A stretch of 64,000 bases of DNA, taken from NCBI GenBank assembly GCA_951406725.2, contig OX597824.1, positions 84,010,001 to 84,074,000 of the forward strand, in the 5' to 3' direction. The notes beneath the pieces were generated by a model. It saw only the letters and a program-made list of their open reading frames with translations, did not search any database and was not told where the DNA came from. This DNA is from Octopus vulgaris (Eukaryota). The position numbers and the translations under genes are program-made. Of this stretch, positions 26,691 through 40,264 are shown one piece after another (within the stretch, counting starts at the first letter, position 1; each line of letters starts with the position of its first letter).

Positions 26691-27648
26691 CAAATTTGGT
26701 AAGACAAACTAATAGTAAAAGAGACAACAGACAAAGCCAATAAAGAGAAACCATTGGTAGAAAACAGTAGAAGGAAAAGGATATAGCTGTAAGATATCAC
26801 AACGAATAGATCTGTGTTTTCTGAGTAGAGTCTGTAGTTGAAATCTTCCATAATAAAACCCTCCAAAACCACATTCTGATAAAAAAAAAAATGTATACAG
26901 TAACCACTCGCCATATTGTGGTTCAGGTATCACACACTGAGTACATCGTGGATTTTTCTGGCTAATCATCATCATCATCATCATCATCATTTCTTGGCTG
27001 TATTTGAGGGGTGTATTTGAGGCAGGGTTTTACACCCCAGTTGTTCTTTCTGTCACCAGCCCTTAAATGTTTTACATGTAAGAAGTTTTGAATAAGAGGT
27101 TTCTTATTGAAGCAGAAGATTTTGAATAAGCACAGAGTGAATGGTCATAATGCCAACAAGGAAGCTAAACATGACAGATTCACTCTAGCAAAACCACAGG
27201 ATATTAACATTCATGGATGGGGACACACATACATACAATAGGATTCCTGCAGTTTCCATCAGTCAAATCACTCTTAAGGCATTGGTTGGCTTGGTGCTCT
27301 GTATTGTATAGAAGACACTTTCCTATGGCGTCACAAAGTGAGATTGAACCCAAGACCATGGGGTTGTGAAGCAAACATCTTAACCACACAGCCTACACCT
27401 ATGTGCATGTGTGTGCATATATGTCTTCATATCAACACCACTTACGCAGTAGTGATGTTTGTTTATGTCCCTCAATTCAACATGCTAAGGTAAATCAAAT
27501 AAAGCACATTACTTGACCAAAAGAAATTGATTTAAGTTGTTGGCGTCAGGAAGAGCATCCAACCACTGAGTACTACACTGCCTTATGAATTTGTATCCAA
27601 CCCATGCCAGCATGGAAAAAACTGACAAAGAAACAATGATAAATACTT

Positions 27649-28800
27649 ATTTCTTTACTACCCACAAGTGGCTAAACACAAAGTGGACAAACCAGCACAG
27701 ACAAACGGATTAAGTCGATTATATCAACCCCAGTGCATAACTGGTACTTATTTAATCGACCCCGAAAGGAGGAAAGGCAAAGCCGACCTCGGCGGAATTT
27801 GAACTCAGAACGTAGCGACAGACGAAATACCTGTTTCTTTACTACCCACAAGGGGCTAAACACAGAGAGGACAAACAAGTACAGACAAATGGATTAAGTC
27901 GATTATATTGACCCCAGTGCATAACTGGTACTTATGTAATCGACTCCGAAAGGATGAAAGGCAAAGTCGACCTCAGCAGAATTTGAACTCAGAACATAGC
28001 GGCAGATGAAATACCTATTTCTTTACTACCCACAAGGGGCTAAACACAGAGAGGACAAACAAGGACAGACAAATGGATTAAGTCGATTATATTGACCCCA
28101 GTGCATAACTGGTACTTATGTAATCGACTCCGAAAGGATGAAAGGCAAAGTCGACCTCGGCGGAATTTGAACTCAGAACGTAGCGGCAGATGAAATACCT
28201 ATTTCTTTACTACCCACAAGGGGCTAAACACAGAGAGGACAAACAAGGACAGACAAATGGATTAAGTCGATTATATTGACCCCAGTGCATAACTGGTACT
28301 TATGTAATCGACTCCGAAAGGATGAAAGGCAAAGTCGACCTCGGCGGAATTTGAACTCAGAACGTAGCGGCAGATGAAATACCTATTTCTTTACTACCCA
28401 CAAGGGGCTAAACACAGAGAGGACAAACAAGGACAGACAAATGGATTAAGTCGATTATATTGACCCCAGTGCATAACTGGTACTTATGTAATCGACTCCG
28501 AAAGGATGAAAGGCAAAGTCGACTTCGGCGGAATTTGAACTCAGAACGTAGCGGCAGATGAAATACCTATTTCTTTACTACCCACAAGGGGCTAAACACA
28601 GAGAGGACAAACAAGGACAGACAAATGGATTAAGTCGATTATATTGACCCCAGTGCATAACTGGTACTTATGTAATCGACTCCGAAAGGATGAAAGGCAA
28701 AGTCGACCTCGGCGGAATTTGAACTCAGAACGTAGTGGCAGACGAAATATTGCTAAGCATTTCACCCGGCGTGCTAACGTTTCTGCCAGCTTGCCGCCTT
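27649..28800 (-). repeat. Tandem array of six 184-bp SINE units, only one with the tRNA-like head (Nin/Deu-core SINE family)
   Basis: ttctttactacccacaag recurs at 27651, 27835, 28019, 28203, 28387 and 28571 (period exactly 184). The head is present only at about 28750-28800. Flanking direct repeat aaacaatgataaatactt at 27631-27648 and 28807-28824. Confidence 0.95.
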
Positions 28801-29053
28801 CACAAAAAACAATGATAAATACTTTTAAAGAGAAAAGTCACATGAGTTTTCTTGTCCATTTTCCATTTGTAAATTATTTTACTTCATGCTTTGTTTTTCT
28901 TTAAATCCATTTTTCTTTATTTGGTTGTATTTAATCCCTAAATCCAGTGATTTTTGCAAATCCACTCATTAATCCGTCCTGTTTGTTACTTTGTTGTTGT
29001 TGTTGTTGTGTGTGTGTTTCATTAATTTCATTATCATTTCCTTACAATTACAG

Positions 29054-29258
29054 GCTTATGCAAATTATCCGCTCAAGTCTTCTAAGTCTACAGAAAGCCA
29101 TCAAAGGTTTGGTTGTGATGTCAGCAGACTTGGAAGCTTTGGCCAACAGCTTACTACTGGGCAAGGTGCCAGCTCTATGGGCAAAACGGTCATATCCGTC
29201 CTTGAAGCCACTCGGCAGCTACATGCAAGATTTCTTAGAACGTCTCAAGTTTTTACAA
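29054..29258 (+). CDS. DNAH12: DNAH12-like exon
   Basis: tacAG|G CTT ATG...TTA CAA|GTaatt; [68 protein letters not shown], with the [11 protein letters not shown] hallmark. Confidence 0.95.
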
Positions 29259-32200
29259 GTAATTTTTGCTCTTTGATTTCTCACAGAATCATTTACGTAA
29301 TCTGGAATTATTTTCTAACTTTGGCAAGAAACCAACCGAAATCTCTTCATTGGCATATCCATTCTTATATGCTTCTCTTTCACCAAGTATTTTCTTCTTT
29401 TCTTAGACAAGCCAATCCTTCATTTCTCATCATAACAGAATCTCTCTCTCTCCCCTCTCTCTCCTCTCTATTTCTCTCTCTCTCTCTATTGTTCTTCATC
29501 TCTAGTTCTCTCATTTTCTTTTTCCTATTCTCTCTATATTTCTTTTCTCCACCTAATCCCTGTCCTTCCTCATTTCTCTTTCTCACTTCTCCACCTTACC
29601 ACTCTTTCCTTGTCTCTCTCACACTTTCTCCTTGTTCCTCTCTCTTTCTAAATTGCTCTTCCTCTCTAGTTCTTTCACTTTCATTTTCCTATCCTCTCCA
29701 TATTTCTTTTATCCTCCTACTCCCCGTTCTTCTTCAATTCTCTCTCACTTCTCCACCATATCACTCTTTCCTTGTCTCTCTCTCACTATCGTTCACCCCT
29801 CTCTTTCTTCTCTCTCTCTCTATATATATATATATATCTGTCTATCTATCTATCTATCTATTTATTTATCTTTTTCTATCTCTTTCTGTCTATCTATCTC
29901 CTTCACTTGAACCAATGAAAGAAACCCTATGCCACAACAAAATCTTTCTTCAAACAAGCTTCCACACTGTATTCACTTCTGATAACATTAACAGCCCTTA
30001 CTCAACAAAAATGTCTCAGCATTTATGATATGTAATATTTAACTCCAAAGGCTATGAAATTCAATCCAAATCAAAAATTTTTTTTTCTTGAAGGCAAAAA
30101 CATTTTATTCCACATTTTCTCGACTCAGAAATAATTTACCATATCATCTGAGAATGTGATTTGAGACAGGCTGGCATTCTATCCAGAGGAAGATATATCT
30201 CACATCTATATATTACTATTGAATATGCAAAGAGGAAGTGCCTATGTGTTTGTTTAATTATGCTAGAAATAACAGACAAATCTCCCCCATATTACTCTTT
30301 AAAAAAGGACATATGAGGTAGTGTAATTCTACATCAACTGCCTGAATATAAGATGGGGTGGTCATCATTAGAATACTTTTAACCACAAGTCTCACCACTG
30401 ACAATTACATTCATCACTGATTCTGTTTTTGTTAAACAGTCCACTTTGAGCAACCATGCAATCAAAGACATTCCAGCAATGACCAGCCTGTCTTTGCGCA
30501 TATTCAATATTACACAGTCCAGTGCAGTCTTTCTCTTTTTATGACAGTAGGATATGATTTGTTGGGGATTTAGCTACTATTTTTACCAAATCAAGCCACC
30601 ACAAAAAGGGGTCTTCCTCATCAGCTCACCAGTGACCATTTCGTTATTGGGTTTTGGTCCTCCACTGCTTGAAACTGGCCACTCACTGCACCAATGTTGT
30701 GTACCAATGATAAACCTTCAAGAATACTTTTGGCTGATCCATCTTCATAAAAGCTCACTGAAGCCAGATCTAATCCCTAAGATTTATAGATGACTGTATA
30801 AAAATAGACCAAGTTTAAGTCAGTTTGACCATGTGACTCAGGACAAACATCCATCTCTTCTGTGAGTTCTTCAGCCAAAGCTTGTAACACTATGTTTAGC
30901 ATAGAGTTAAAGGCTGAAGTTATTTTGAGCCTCTATATGGTTATTGGACCTGCTAGAAATAGCAGTGGTCAGGAAAACTTTTGTCTTAGATACCCCTAAA
31001 TGGATGGATGGTAGCTGCTCAAATTAAGGCGGCATCCTTTCGGCTCTGTGTTTAGCCCCTTGTGGATAATAAAGAAATAGGTAGCTGCTCAAACAGTTAC
31101 CCTGGGTGCTAATAATCAACAGTAACAACCTGAAATTATCTTTCCTATCCCACATGTATCCTCTCTTGGCAATGTTGCCACATCTCGACTCCGAAGAATA
31201 AAGAGGTATGGTTGACCTCGATATGATTTGAACTCAGAATGTAAAGGACCGTTGCTAAATTCCGCTAAGTCTTTTATCCAATGTTCTGATGATCCTGCCA
31301 ATTCACCACCAGTTGTTATTCTCAGAATTAATGCCATATAAAAATACCTGTGGCTGTGCCACATAAGAAGCCCCTGTGCCAGTGTCACATAGAAACCATC
31401 CGTGCTGGTCCCATGTAAAATGCACCTATGCTGCTGCTACATAAAAAGTACTTGAGCTGGAGTCACATGAATTAGTACCCAAGCCAGTGCCACGTAAGAA
31501 GCAGCCATGCTGGTGCCATGTAAAATGCACCTGTACCAGTTCCACATAAAAAGCACCCATGGTGGTGCTCCATAAAAAAAATGTATCCATCCTTGGTGCC
31601 ACATAACAAAATACCCTTGGTGGTGCCACATAAATAAGTACCCATCCTAGTGCCCTATAAAAGGTATGTATGCTGGTGCCACATAGAAGGTACCAACACC
31701 AGAGCCACATATAAAGCACTCAGCACTCATGCTGGTGCCACATAAAAAGCACCCAGTACACTCTTTAGAGTAATTGGCATTACAAAAAGCATCCAGCCAT
31801 AGAAACCATGCCCAAACAGGCAATCGGAGCCTGGTGAAGATCTCCAGCTGGCCAGTGCTCCTGTCAAACTGTCCAACCCATGCCAACATGGTAAACAGAC
31901 ATTAAATGATGATGATGATTTCATAAGAAATACAGTGAAGAAAGGATTAAGTACATTTATTCTGGTCATTCATCATTCATTAAGCAAAGATGACCCGGTT
32001 TTTGAAAATCAGGTCGGGTGTGTACATCGTCACTGACCTAAATAAACCTACTTTACCCTATCAATAATAATTCTCCTATCGCCACCACCACCACCATCTG
32101 TTCCAATGTGACTAGCCCACTTGACACCACCCATTTTTAAAGTGTTCACATTTAGACAGCATTCTCTGCTGGAAATCTTATATACATTAATGATAGCCAT

Positions 32201-32619
32201 GAGATTAGATTTTAGCTAGTTTTATAATTCAACATAGTTTCAGGGAAGAACTGTTTCGTTAAGTTGGTTGTTTCCCATCACCCGTTAACTCTTTTGTAAC
32301 TTTTATATTTGTCATGGGTAAAACCAAAAATCTGAGAAGATTGCTTGTGGTCAGCATCGGCAAGTATCGTACATTGAGATTTGTGAGTTTGAATTAAATT
32401 TGTATGGCATGGAAAGAAGAGGAGTCTAACATCTCAGGACCATCTCTTCAGCTGAGAGAGAAAGAGAGAAAACATTTCCTTTTTTTTAATTAGGACTGCT
32501 TGTGTGTTTCAATTAATTTTTAGGGTAATCAAGAGTTTAAAAGGCTTTAATAACATATTCGTAACTTTGTGAACTTTCACTTGTTTCAGACTATAACCAT
32601 TCTGGAGCACTGTCTTGGC

Positions 32620-33650
32620 TGGTACCTGGACACATCATTAGCAATGTTTCCTGGGTGGGGTCATCAGATGTTTTGGTTCCTTCAGCAATCTGACACCCTC
32701 ACCTGAGTGGCCTAACCAGTGTTGGTCAAGGCCCAATTTGTGTACGGTTTGTACTACCCCAGGTTGAAATGTCTCTTCCAAGGCTCACACTTTGTAATCC
32801 ACAGCCACCTCAATGCAGCTTCTACTGCATCCACAGTTACCTTGATGACCTTCTTTCTACTGGGTCCTTTGATGATCAAAATGTTGTAGACTCTGCAGAG
32901 GTATGACCTGCAAACACTCTGCATCCCACCTCTGCGGGATCGTACTTTACTCCCCACATATATTTTCAGTACAACTCCTCAATCCCAACATATTTTGTTC
33001 TCTTCCTCTCATCTGCCTCCTCAGTATAGTCCCAGAAAATGGAACATTCCAACAGATCCACCTGTTTGGATACTCCCAAGTTCAGCACCATGTCTGGCCT
33101 AAGCAATGTTCAGGTAACAATTTCTGGGCACTTCAGCTGCTTCCTCAGGTGATTTTTAGCTCTCAGTTTTGTACCAATGCTAACAGACCCAGGGAAGTGG
33201 TCCTGGTTACTGGCAGCACCTCCTTTGTTGAGCAGAGGCACATGCAATGGCTAATCTCACTGCAAGTGGTGTCTGCTATGGCCTTCAGAACCTGGTCGTG
33301 GTGCTATAGTAGTGCCCTGTACTTAGAATTTTTGGACAATTATTGAAGGTGTGTTCTAGAGCTCTTCTCAAGTACAAGGAGCAAGGTGGTGACTCTATCA
33401 TTCACTTCAGAACAAGTTGGAAGTACCTGGTAGAACATTATTAACTGCCTGAATCAGGGATTTATTTGTTTAGATTCCACACTTCGAAGTTCAGGCCATG
33501 AAACTTTGTATGCCACTGTTTGCTCCGATCCATATTCTCTGGTGTTACATTCCAACATCCTTGCTTGAATCTCGTTTCAAATCAGGGCACAGAACAGTAG
33601 ATAAAGACATTGGTTAATGCAGTACAGTAACCTAGAGGCTCTGAGTTCTA
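32620..33650 (-). mobile_element. HERO-like (R2 superfamily) RLE non-LTR retrotransposon 3' remnant
   Basis: Minus-strand pieces LEHTFNNCPK (CCHC knuckle), HDQVLKAIAD, RPDMVL (RLE motif) and AVEAALRWLWITK; frameshifted. Confidence 0.8.
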
Positions 33651-33840
33651 TCTCATGCAAAGCACCATAGTAATTCTTTTAACTTGACTGAAGCAAACAT
33701 TATCATGAAACACAGAGAATGGAATGACAACAGTGTACCCTTCTGGATCAAATAAAGAGTTAGGTTCAAAATTCCGATACAACAATTGAGTTCAACACAA
33801 GACACCTGAAGGAGGCTGGAGTGTACATAGCTAAAACCTG

Positions 33841-34223
33841 GTGGAAGCACTCCGTTGGTTAAGACGACGAGGGTTCTGGTTGATCCGATCAACGGAACAG
33901 CCTGCTCGTGAAATTAACGTGTAAGTGGCTGAGCACTCCACAGACACGTGTACCCTTAACGTAGTTCTCGGGGATATTCAGCGTGACACAGAGAGTGACA
34001 AGGCCGGCCCTTTCAAATACAAGGTACAACAGAAACAAAGTAAGAGTGAGAGAAAGTTGTGGTGAAAGAGTACAGCAGGGATCACCACCATCCCTGCCGG
34101 AGCCTCGTGGAGCTTTAGGTGTTTTTGCTCAATAAACACTCACAACGCCCGGTCTGGGAATCGAAACTGCGATCCTACGACCGCAAGTCCTGCTGCCCTA
34201 ACCACTGGGCCATTGCTCCTCCA
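33841..34223 (-). mobile_element. SINE family A copy
   Basis: Reverse complement of 8789-9172 over its full length. Confidence 0.9.
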
Positions 34224-34288
34224 CAGCTAAAACCTAATTAAAGCAACAATCAAGATGATGACGAAGGTTTGACTATTGTAAACAGTGT

Positions 34289-34697
34289 ATAGGCGCAGGA
34301 GTGGCTGTGTGGTAAGTAGCTTGTTTACCAACCACATGGTTCCGGGTTCATTCCCACTGCGTGGCACCTTGGGCAGGTGTCTTCTACTATAGCCTCGGGC
34401 CGCCAAAGCCTTGTGAGTGGATTTGGTAGATGGAAACTGAAAGAAGCCCGTCGTATATATGTATATATATGCGTGTGTGTGTTTGTGTGTCTGTGTTTGT
34501 CCCCTAGCATTGCTTGACAACCGATGCTGGTGTGTTTATGTCCCCGTTACTTAGCGGTTCGGCAAAAGAGACCGATAGAATAAGTACTGGGCTTACAAAA
34601 GAATAAGTCCCAGTGTCGAGTTGCTCGATTAAAGGTGGTGCTCCAGCATGGCCGCAGTCAAATGACTGAAACAAGTAAAAGAGTAAAGAGTAAAGAG
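34289..34697 (+). mobile_element. SINE family B (tRNA-like head, core, internal (TA/TG)n, tail). Other copies approx. 513-915(-), 2549-2945, 16932-17140, 17500-17880, 21781-22180, 22600-23295(-), 37370-37720, 44053-44430, 46768-47157, 60320-60660(-), 61016-61417
   Basis: Recurring ggcgcaggagtggctgtgtggtaagtagcttg...gggttcagtcccactgcgtggcaccttgggcaagtgtcttct...gacaaccgatgctggtgtgttt...aaatgactgaaacaagtaaaagagt. Confidence 0.9.
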
Positions 34698-35254
34698 AGT
34701 GTATATAATATAAATTCCTGCTCTCAGTAGTACAGCATTGTATTGTTGGCTTTTGTTATGTTCTAAATACTAGTTTAGGGTACTATTATATTTGTTCTTC
34801 ATTATATTCCAACACCCACTTAATATACTAACATACGCATTTGTGTTTTGTGCAGTAATTTTCCAAACACTATCTCAGTGTACCATAATTCATTCAACTT
34901 TTATATAGTTACATTCCAAAACACCAGTTTAATATACTAAGATGTATTTGTTTTGTTATGTTCTGTCTTCCGAATACCAACTTAATATACCAACATATGT
35001 GTATATTTGGCTTTTGTGAGTCATGTTCCAAATACCAATTAAATATACCGATATATATTCATTATTTGGTACATTCAGAGCATTAATTTGATATATCTAT
35101 ATGCGTTTACGCTGGCTTTTGTTATACAACTTAACAGACTTTAAATGTAAATTGTTACGTTAAAAATTTTTGTTTAGAATATAAGCACTTGAAAGCTGAT
35201 AGTTTTGTTTCATTGAATCAAAGAAAGTTTCAGGTGGGCTGGTATCAAAAACGT

Positions 35255-35259
<5 letters not shown>

Positions 35260-35303
<44 letters not shown>

Positions 35304-35320
35304 GTATATGTATATAGATA

Positions 35321-35353
<33 letters not shown>

Positions 35354-35400
35354 TATGTATGTATGTATATGTATATATAGATATGTATATGTGTGATATG

Positions 35401-35433
<33 letters not shown>

Positions 35434-35530
35434 ATGTATATATAGATATGTATATAGATATGTATATATATATATATATATAGATATGTATATGTATATA
35501 GATATGTATATGTATATATATATATGTATG

Positions 35531-35578
<48 letters not shown>

Positions 35579-35627
35579 ATGTATATAGATATGTATATGT
35601 ATATATATATGTATGTATGTATGTGTG

Positions 35628-35658
<31 letters not shown>

Positions 35659-35727
35659 ATATATGTGTATATATATATATGTATATATATATATGTGTGT
35701 ATATATATATATATATATGTATGTATA

Positions 35728-35775
<48 letters not shown>

Positions 35776-35810
35776 CATACATATATATATACATATCTAT
35801 ATACATATAC

Positions 35811-35847
<37 letters not shown>

Positions 35848-35898
35848 CATAGATACATATATATATATATATACACACACACATATATATATATATAC
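35260..35898. repeat. Long (TA)/(TATG) microsatellite
   Basis: Directly visible. Confidence 0.95.
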
Positions 35899-36157
35899 GT
35901 AGGTGGGACAATAAGTAGCGGGAAGTATTCACAGTTAAAGATATCAATTTTGTGGTGGACGCTTCTTCATTATATGTTTAATTGAGTGTGTTGTACAAGC
36001 CAGCTGCCATCACACAGCCTGTAATTACAACTAAAAGTTGCAATTACAGACTGTTTGTGGCTTCTGTAGCAAAATTGCAGGTTGAAATGGTTGGTGAATC
36101 TGATCTGAAGTTGATGGTTCCCAAACTGATCTGGTTCTTGTTCCTACCAACAGGGAA

Positions 36158-36543
36158 TGGAAGCACTCCGTCGGTGTACGACGACGAGGGTTCCGGTTGA
36201 TCCGAATCAACGGAACAGCCTGCTCGTGAAATTAATGTGTAAGTGGCTGAGCACTCCACAGATACGTGTACCCTTAGCGTAGTTCTCGGGGATATTCAGC
36301 GTGACACAGAGAGTGACAAGGCCGGCCCCTTGAAATACAGGTACAACAGAAACAGGAAGTAAGAGTGAGAGAAAGTTGTGGTGAAAGAGTACAGCAGGGA
36401 TCACCACCATCCCCTGCCAGAGCCTCGTGGAGCTTTTAGGTGTTTTCGCTCAATAAACACTCACAACGCTCGGTCTGGGAATCGAAACCGCGATCCTATG
36501 ACCGCGAGTCCGCTGCCCTAACCACTGGGCCATTGCGCCTCCT
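36158..36543 (-). mobile_element. SINE family A copy with TSD
   Basis: Reverse complement of 8789-9172; tcctaccaaca occurs on both flanks. Confidence 0.9.
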
Positions 36544-39222
36544 CCTACCAACAATGGCTTTGGTGAACTGAAACAACACAGAGTGAATTATACTGCCCAG
36601 AAATACAGCGTGAGACCAGCGGTGGAGTTTAAGCTGACAACCTATTGAGCATGTAACCCAATACTTTTTTCTTTCAAATGTCTTGCCTTTGGGACCACAA
36701 AGATCAAATTTCTTCTAACATGCAACCAACAACTGCGTGGTCTAATGTTGTTTATTTTGCTGTGTCTGTGACCAGGGTCTGCAATAAAATGTAATTTGAA
36801 TTCCCATCCTATAGCATTCACTGCTACTGCAGAACAGACTTGAAGAAAAAAAAAAAAACCAATGTAAAAAAAACACATGGCATTATTTGTTGGTAGAAAC
36901 ATTTGTCAAATTGTCATCTGTAGAATACTGTATAATGTATAATAAGCCAGCACATGAGAATTGATCAATCTCTGTTATTATTTTTATCATTTATTACTAT
37001 TAAAATTTTCACAATAGAGATAGCTATCAAAAGAACTTATTCATTGCTATAAATAATGAAATGAAAGCAGATATCACTTTTGTCCTAAATATTACTACTT
37101 TTGTTTACCCGTAGACTTTTTTTTTTAAATTACAATTCATTTACAAAAACTATAAATATAACCTCATTTATAATGTATTTTTCCCCGTATGACAGAAAGG
37201 CTTTTTTACTTGTAATCTGCTAATATTAATAAATGGTATTTTCCCACTATGGTTCTTGGTTCTTCCACAGAATAAGACAATTGGGTGCAGCTATCTGGAC
37301 ACTGACTATTTTGCAGAGCTGACTGGACAGAGCCTATTTTGGTGCTTGTGGCAAACACACATGCACTATAGGTGCAGGTGTGGCCATGCGTTCCAGGTTC
37401 AGTCCCACTGCATGGCACCTAGGGCAAGTGTCTTCTGCTATAGTCTCAAGCTAGCCAAAACTTTCTGAGTGGAATTAATAGGCAGAAACTAAAAGAAACC
37501 CATCATGTGTGTGTCTGTGTTTGTTCCTCATCACCACTTGACAATCAGTGTTACATCCCTGTAACTTAGCAGTTCAGCAAGCGGAGTCAATGGAATAAGT
37601 ACCAGGCTTTAAAAAAGAAAAAGTACAAGTACAAGGGTCAATTCATTTTACAAAAATTCTTCAATGCAGTGCCCCAGCATGGCCGCAGCCTAATGACTTA
37701 TCAAGTAAAAAATAGAAGATAAAAGATAGAGTGAGAGAATAAGATATTACACATACATACAAACATCATAACTGGATATTTACACATATAAACATAGAGA
37801 GATAATGAGAGAAACATTAAAATATCTGATGTCAAATAAGTCACCACCGAATTATCATCTTCGTTGTCATCATCCTTTAACGTCCATTATCCAAGCTGGT
37901 TTGGGTTGGATGACTTGACAGGAGCTGGCAAGGCTAGGGTTCACACATGGTTCCATAGTCTGTTTTGGCTTGGTTTCAACAGCTGGATGCCCTTCCTAAT
38001 GCCAACCACTTTACAGAGTGTTCTGGGTGCCTTTTACATGGTACCACCACCAGTGTTTTATATGTAACACCATCACCAGTGTTTTTTACATGACGCCAGT
38101 AGTAGCATTTTTTTACATGGTACCAGCACTAGTGCTTTTCATGTGGCACTAGTGCCAGTACTTTTTATGTGGTGCCAGCACCAGTGTTTTTTGCACGGTA
38201 CCAGCACCAGTGCTTTTTATGTGGTACTTTTGTTTTAGAATATCAACAGCAATGCCAAATAGTCAGTGCCAAAACAGCTGTGCCAATATGTTTTAAATCC
38301 ATTCTTCTGATAGTAATTCCTCCAGCAGTAACATAGAAGAGAAAAAGGCAGCAAGCTGGCAGAAATGTTAGCACGCCGGGCACATGCTTAGCCGTATTTC
38401 GTCTGCCATTATGTTCTGAGTTCAAACTCCGCCGAGGTCGACATTGCCTTTCATCTTTTCGGAGTTGATAAATTAAGTACCACTTATGCACTGGGGTCAA
38501 TGTAATCGACTTAATCCCTTTGTCTGTCCTTGTTTATCCCTTCTATGTTTAGCCCCTTGTGGGCAATAAAGAAATAAGTAACATAGAAGAGAATGTAAAA
38601 CACCACACAAAACAAATTGAACAATTTACTTCCACTATTTATTCTAGGTTGAAATACCAACATTGTTGACTTTGACTTTGGTCACATAGTATATAACATG
38701 GTATCTACACAGTTTTGGGTTCGATTCTGTTTCAAAATAATTGCTGCAAGTTTGTTCTACCATAACCTTGGATCAACCAAAGACTTGTAAATGAAATTTG
38801 GTAGAGAGAAATAGTATGGAAGCCCAGAGGGAACAGTTTTGTTCTTGAGTGATGCATTTTGTAGTTATAGACCTATGTCAGAAAACAAGATTAATAAACA
38901 TGTAGACTGCTTTATGCCTTGTATACTTCCCATATACAGGCATGAGATGTTTCACTCTAATCCAGATCTGATCCAACAGATCACTGATGAAAGACTTCTC
39001 AGTTATGACCAGCTTATCTTTTCCTTTCAGACAAAATATATCTGGGACTTCTAATAAGTTGTGTCTTTCTTTATAAAGTGGTGTGATTTGAAAATTATTT
39101 GGTCACTATGTTTAGCTGATTGAGGAACTGTGTGGATACCTTTGTACACTGTAGATCATAAGCAAAAGGTAATATAGTATCAACAGTGAATGTAATATAG
39201 TGTCGGCAGGGAATGTAATATA

Positions 39223-39392
39223 CAAGGTGGTATCAAAAGGTTTCTGGACTAATTATGTCTAATGAAAAATAACTTATTTACCTAAGTTTAAATATCATCT
39301 CTTTAAAAATAGTCACCTTGCACAGCAATACTCTGGTTTCAGCATTCCTGCCAGTTTTGGAATCCGGTCTGGAAGTTGTTTTCCATAAGTGA
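39223..39392 (-). mobile_element. Mariner 3'-end fragment with one TIR
   Basis: TA-caaggtggtatcaaaaggtttctggac TIR-like end; minus frame ENNFQTGFQNWQEC*NQSIAVQGDYF. Confidence 0.7.
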
Positions 39393-40264
39393 GTGTGATT
39401 TGAAGGTTATTAGGGTACTATGTTTAGCTGACTGAGGAACAGTGTGGGTACCTTCGTACACCGTAGATCATAAAACTAAAGTAATATAATATCAATGATG
39501 AATGTAATATAGTGTCAGCAGGGAATGTAATATAGAGTCAGTGATGAGTATTATATTGTGTTACTGTTAAATGCAATATAATGTCAATAGTAAGGCAGCG
39601 AGCTGGCAGAAACATTAGCACACCAGGCAAAATGCTTAGCAGTATTTCGTCTGTCTTTATGTTCTGAGTTCAAACTCCACCAAGGTCGACTTTGCCTTTC
39701 ATTCTTTCAGGATCAATAAATTAAGTACTGGGGTCAATCTAATCGACTGGCCCCTTTCCCCAAAAAAATTCAGGCCTTGTGCCTAGAGTAGAAACAAATA
39801 TGATGTCAATAGTAAGGAAGTGAGCTGGCAGAAATGTTAGCACACCAGGCAGAATCCTTAGCAGTATTTCGTCTGTCTATGTTCTGAGTTCAAATTCCGC
39901 CGAGGTCGTCTTTGCTTTTCATCCTTTCAAGGTCAATAAATTAAGCACCAGTTGCGTACTGGGGTCGATCTAATTGACTGGCTCCCTCTCCTAAAATTTC
40001 GAGCCTTGTGCCTAGAGTAGAAAAGAAAAGAATATAATGTCAATAGTGAATACGATTTAGCATCAGTCATTCTTGTTTCATCATTATCATCATTTAACAT
40101 CTGTTTTCCTACTGGTGTTGGTTGGACAGTTTGACAGTAACTGACCAGCTGAGGGGCTGTTCAGGCACCTTGTCTGTTTTTTCATGGTTTCTACAGCTGG
40201 ATGCCCTCCCTAATGCCAAATATTTTTCAGAGTGTACTGGGTGCTTTTAGACAGCACCAGCAAG

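Noticed and set aside
27649-28800. 184-bp array as CRISPR or as a retrozyme array
   Set aside because: Units are contiguous SINE bodies without spacers, and I found no hammerhead core in the unit.
28991-30028. 345-aa ORF overlapping a dynein exon
   Set aside because: An off-frame read of the exon that runs on through a CT-rich low-complexity tract.
31340-31760. CRISPR-like short repeats (gtgccacataaaaagcacc), also at 38030-38230 and 45090-45305
   Set aside because: Degenerate tandem subrepeats at the 5' side of repeat family C; no unique spacers, no cas genes, eukaryotic context.
32625-32675. Minus-strand CTGATGA-ccccacccag-GAAAC in the HERO-like 3' UTR
   Set aside because: Stem II cannot pair and stem III/cleavage site do not fit; not counted as a hammerhead.
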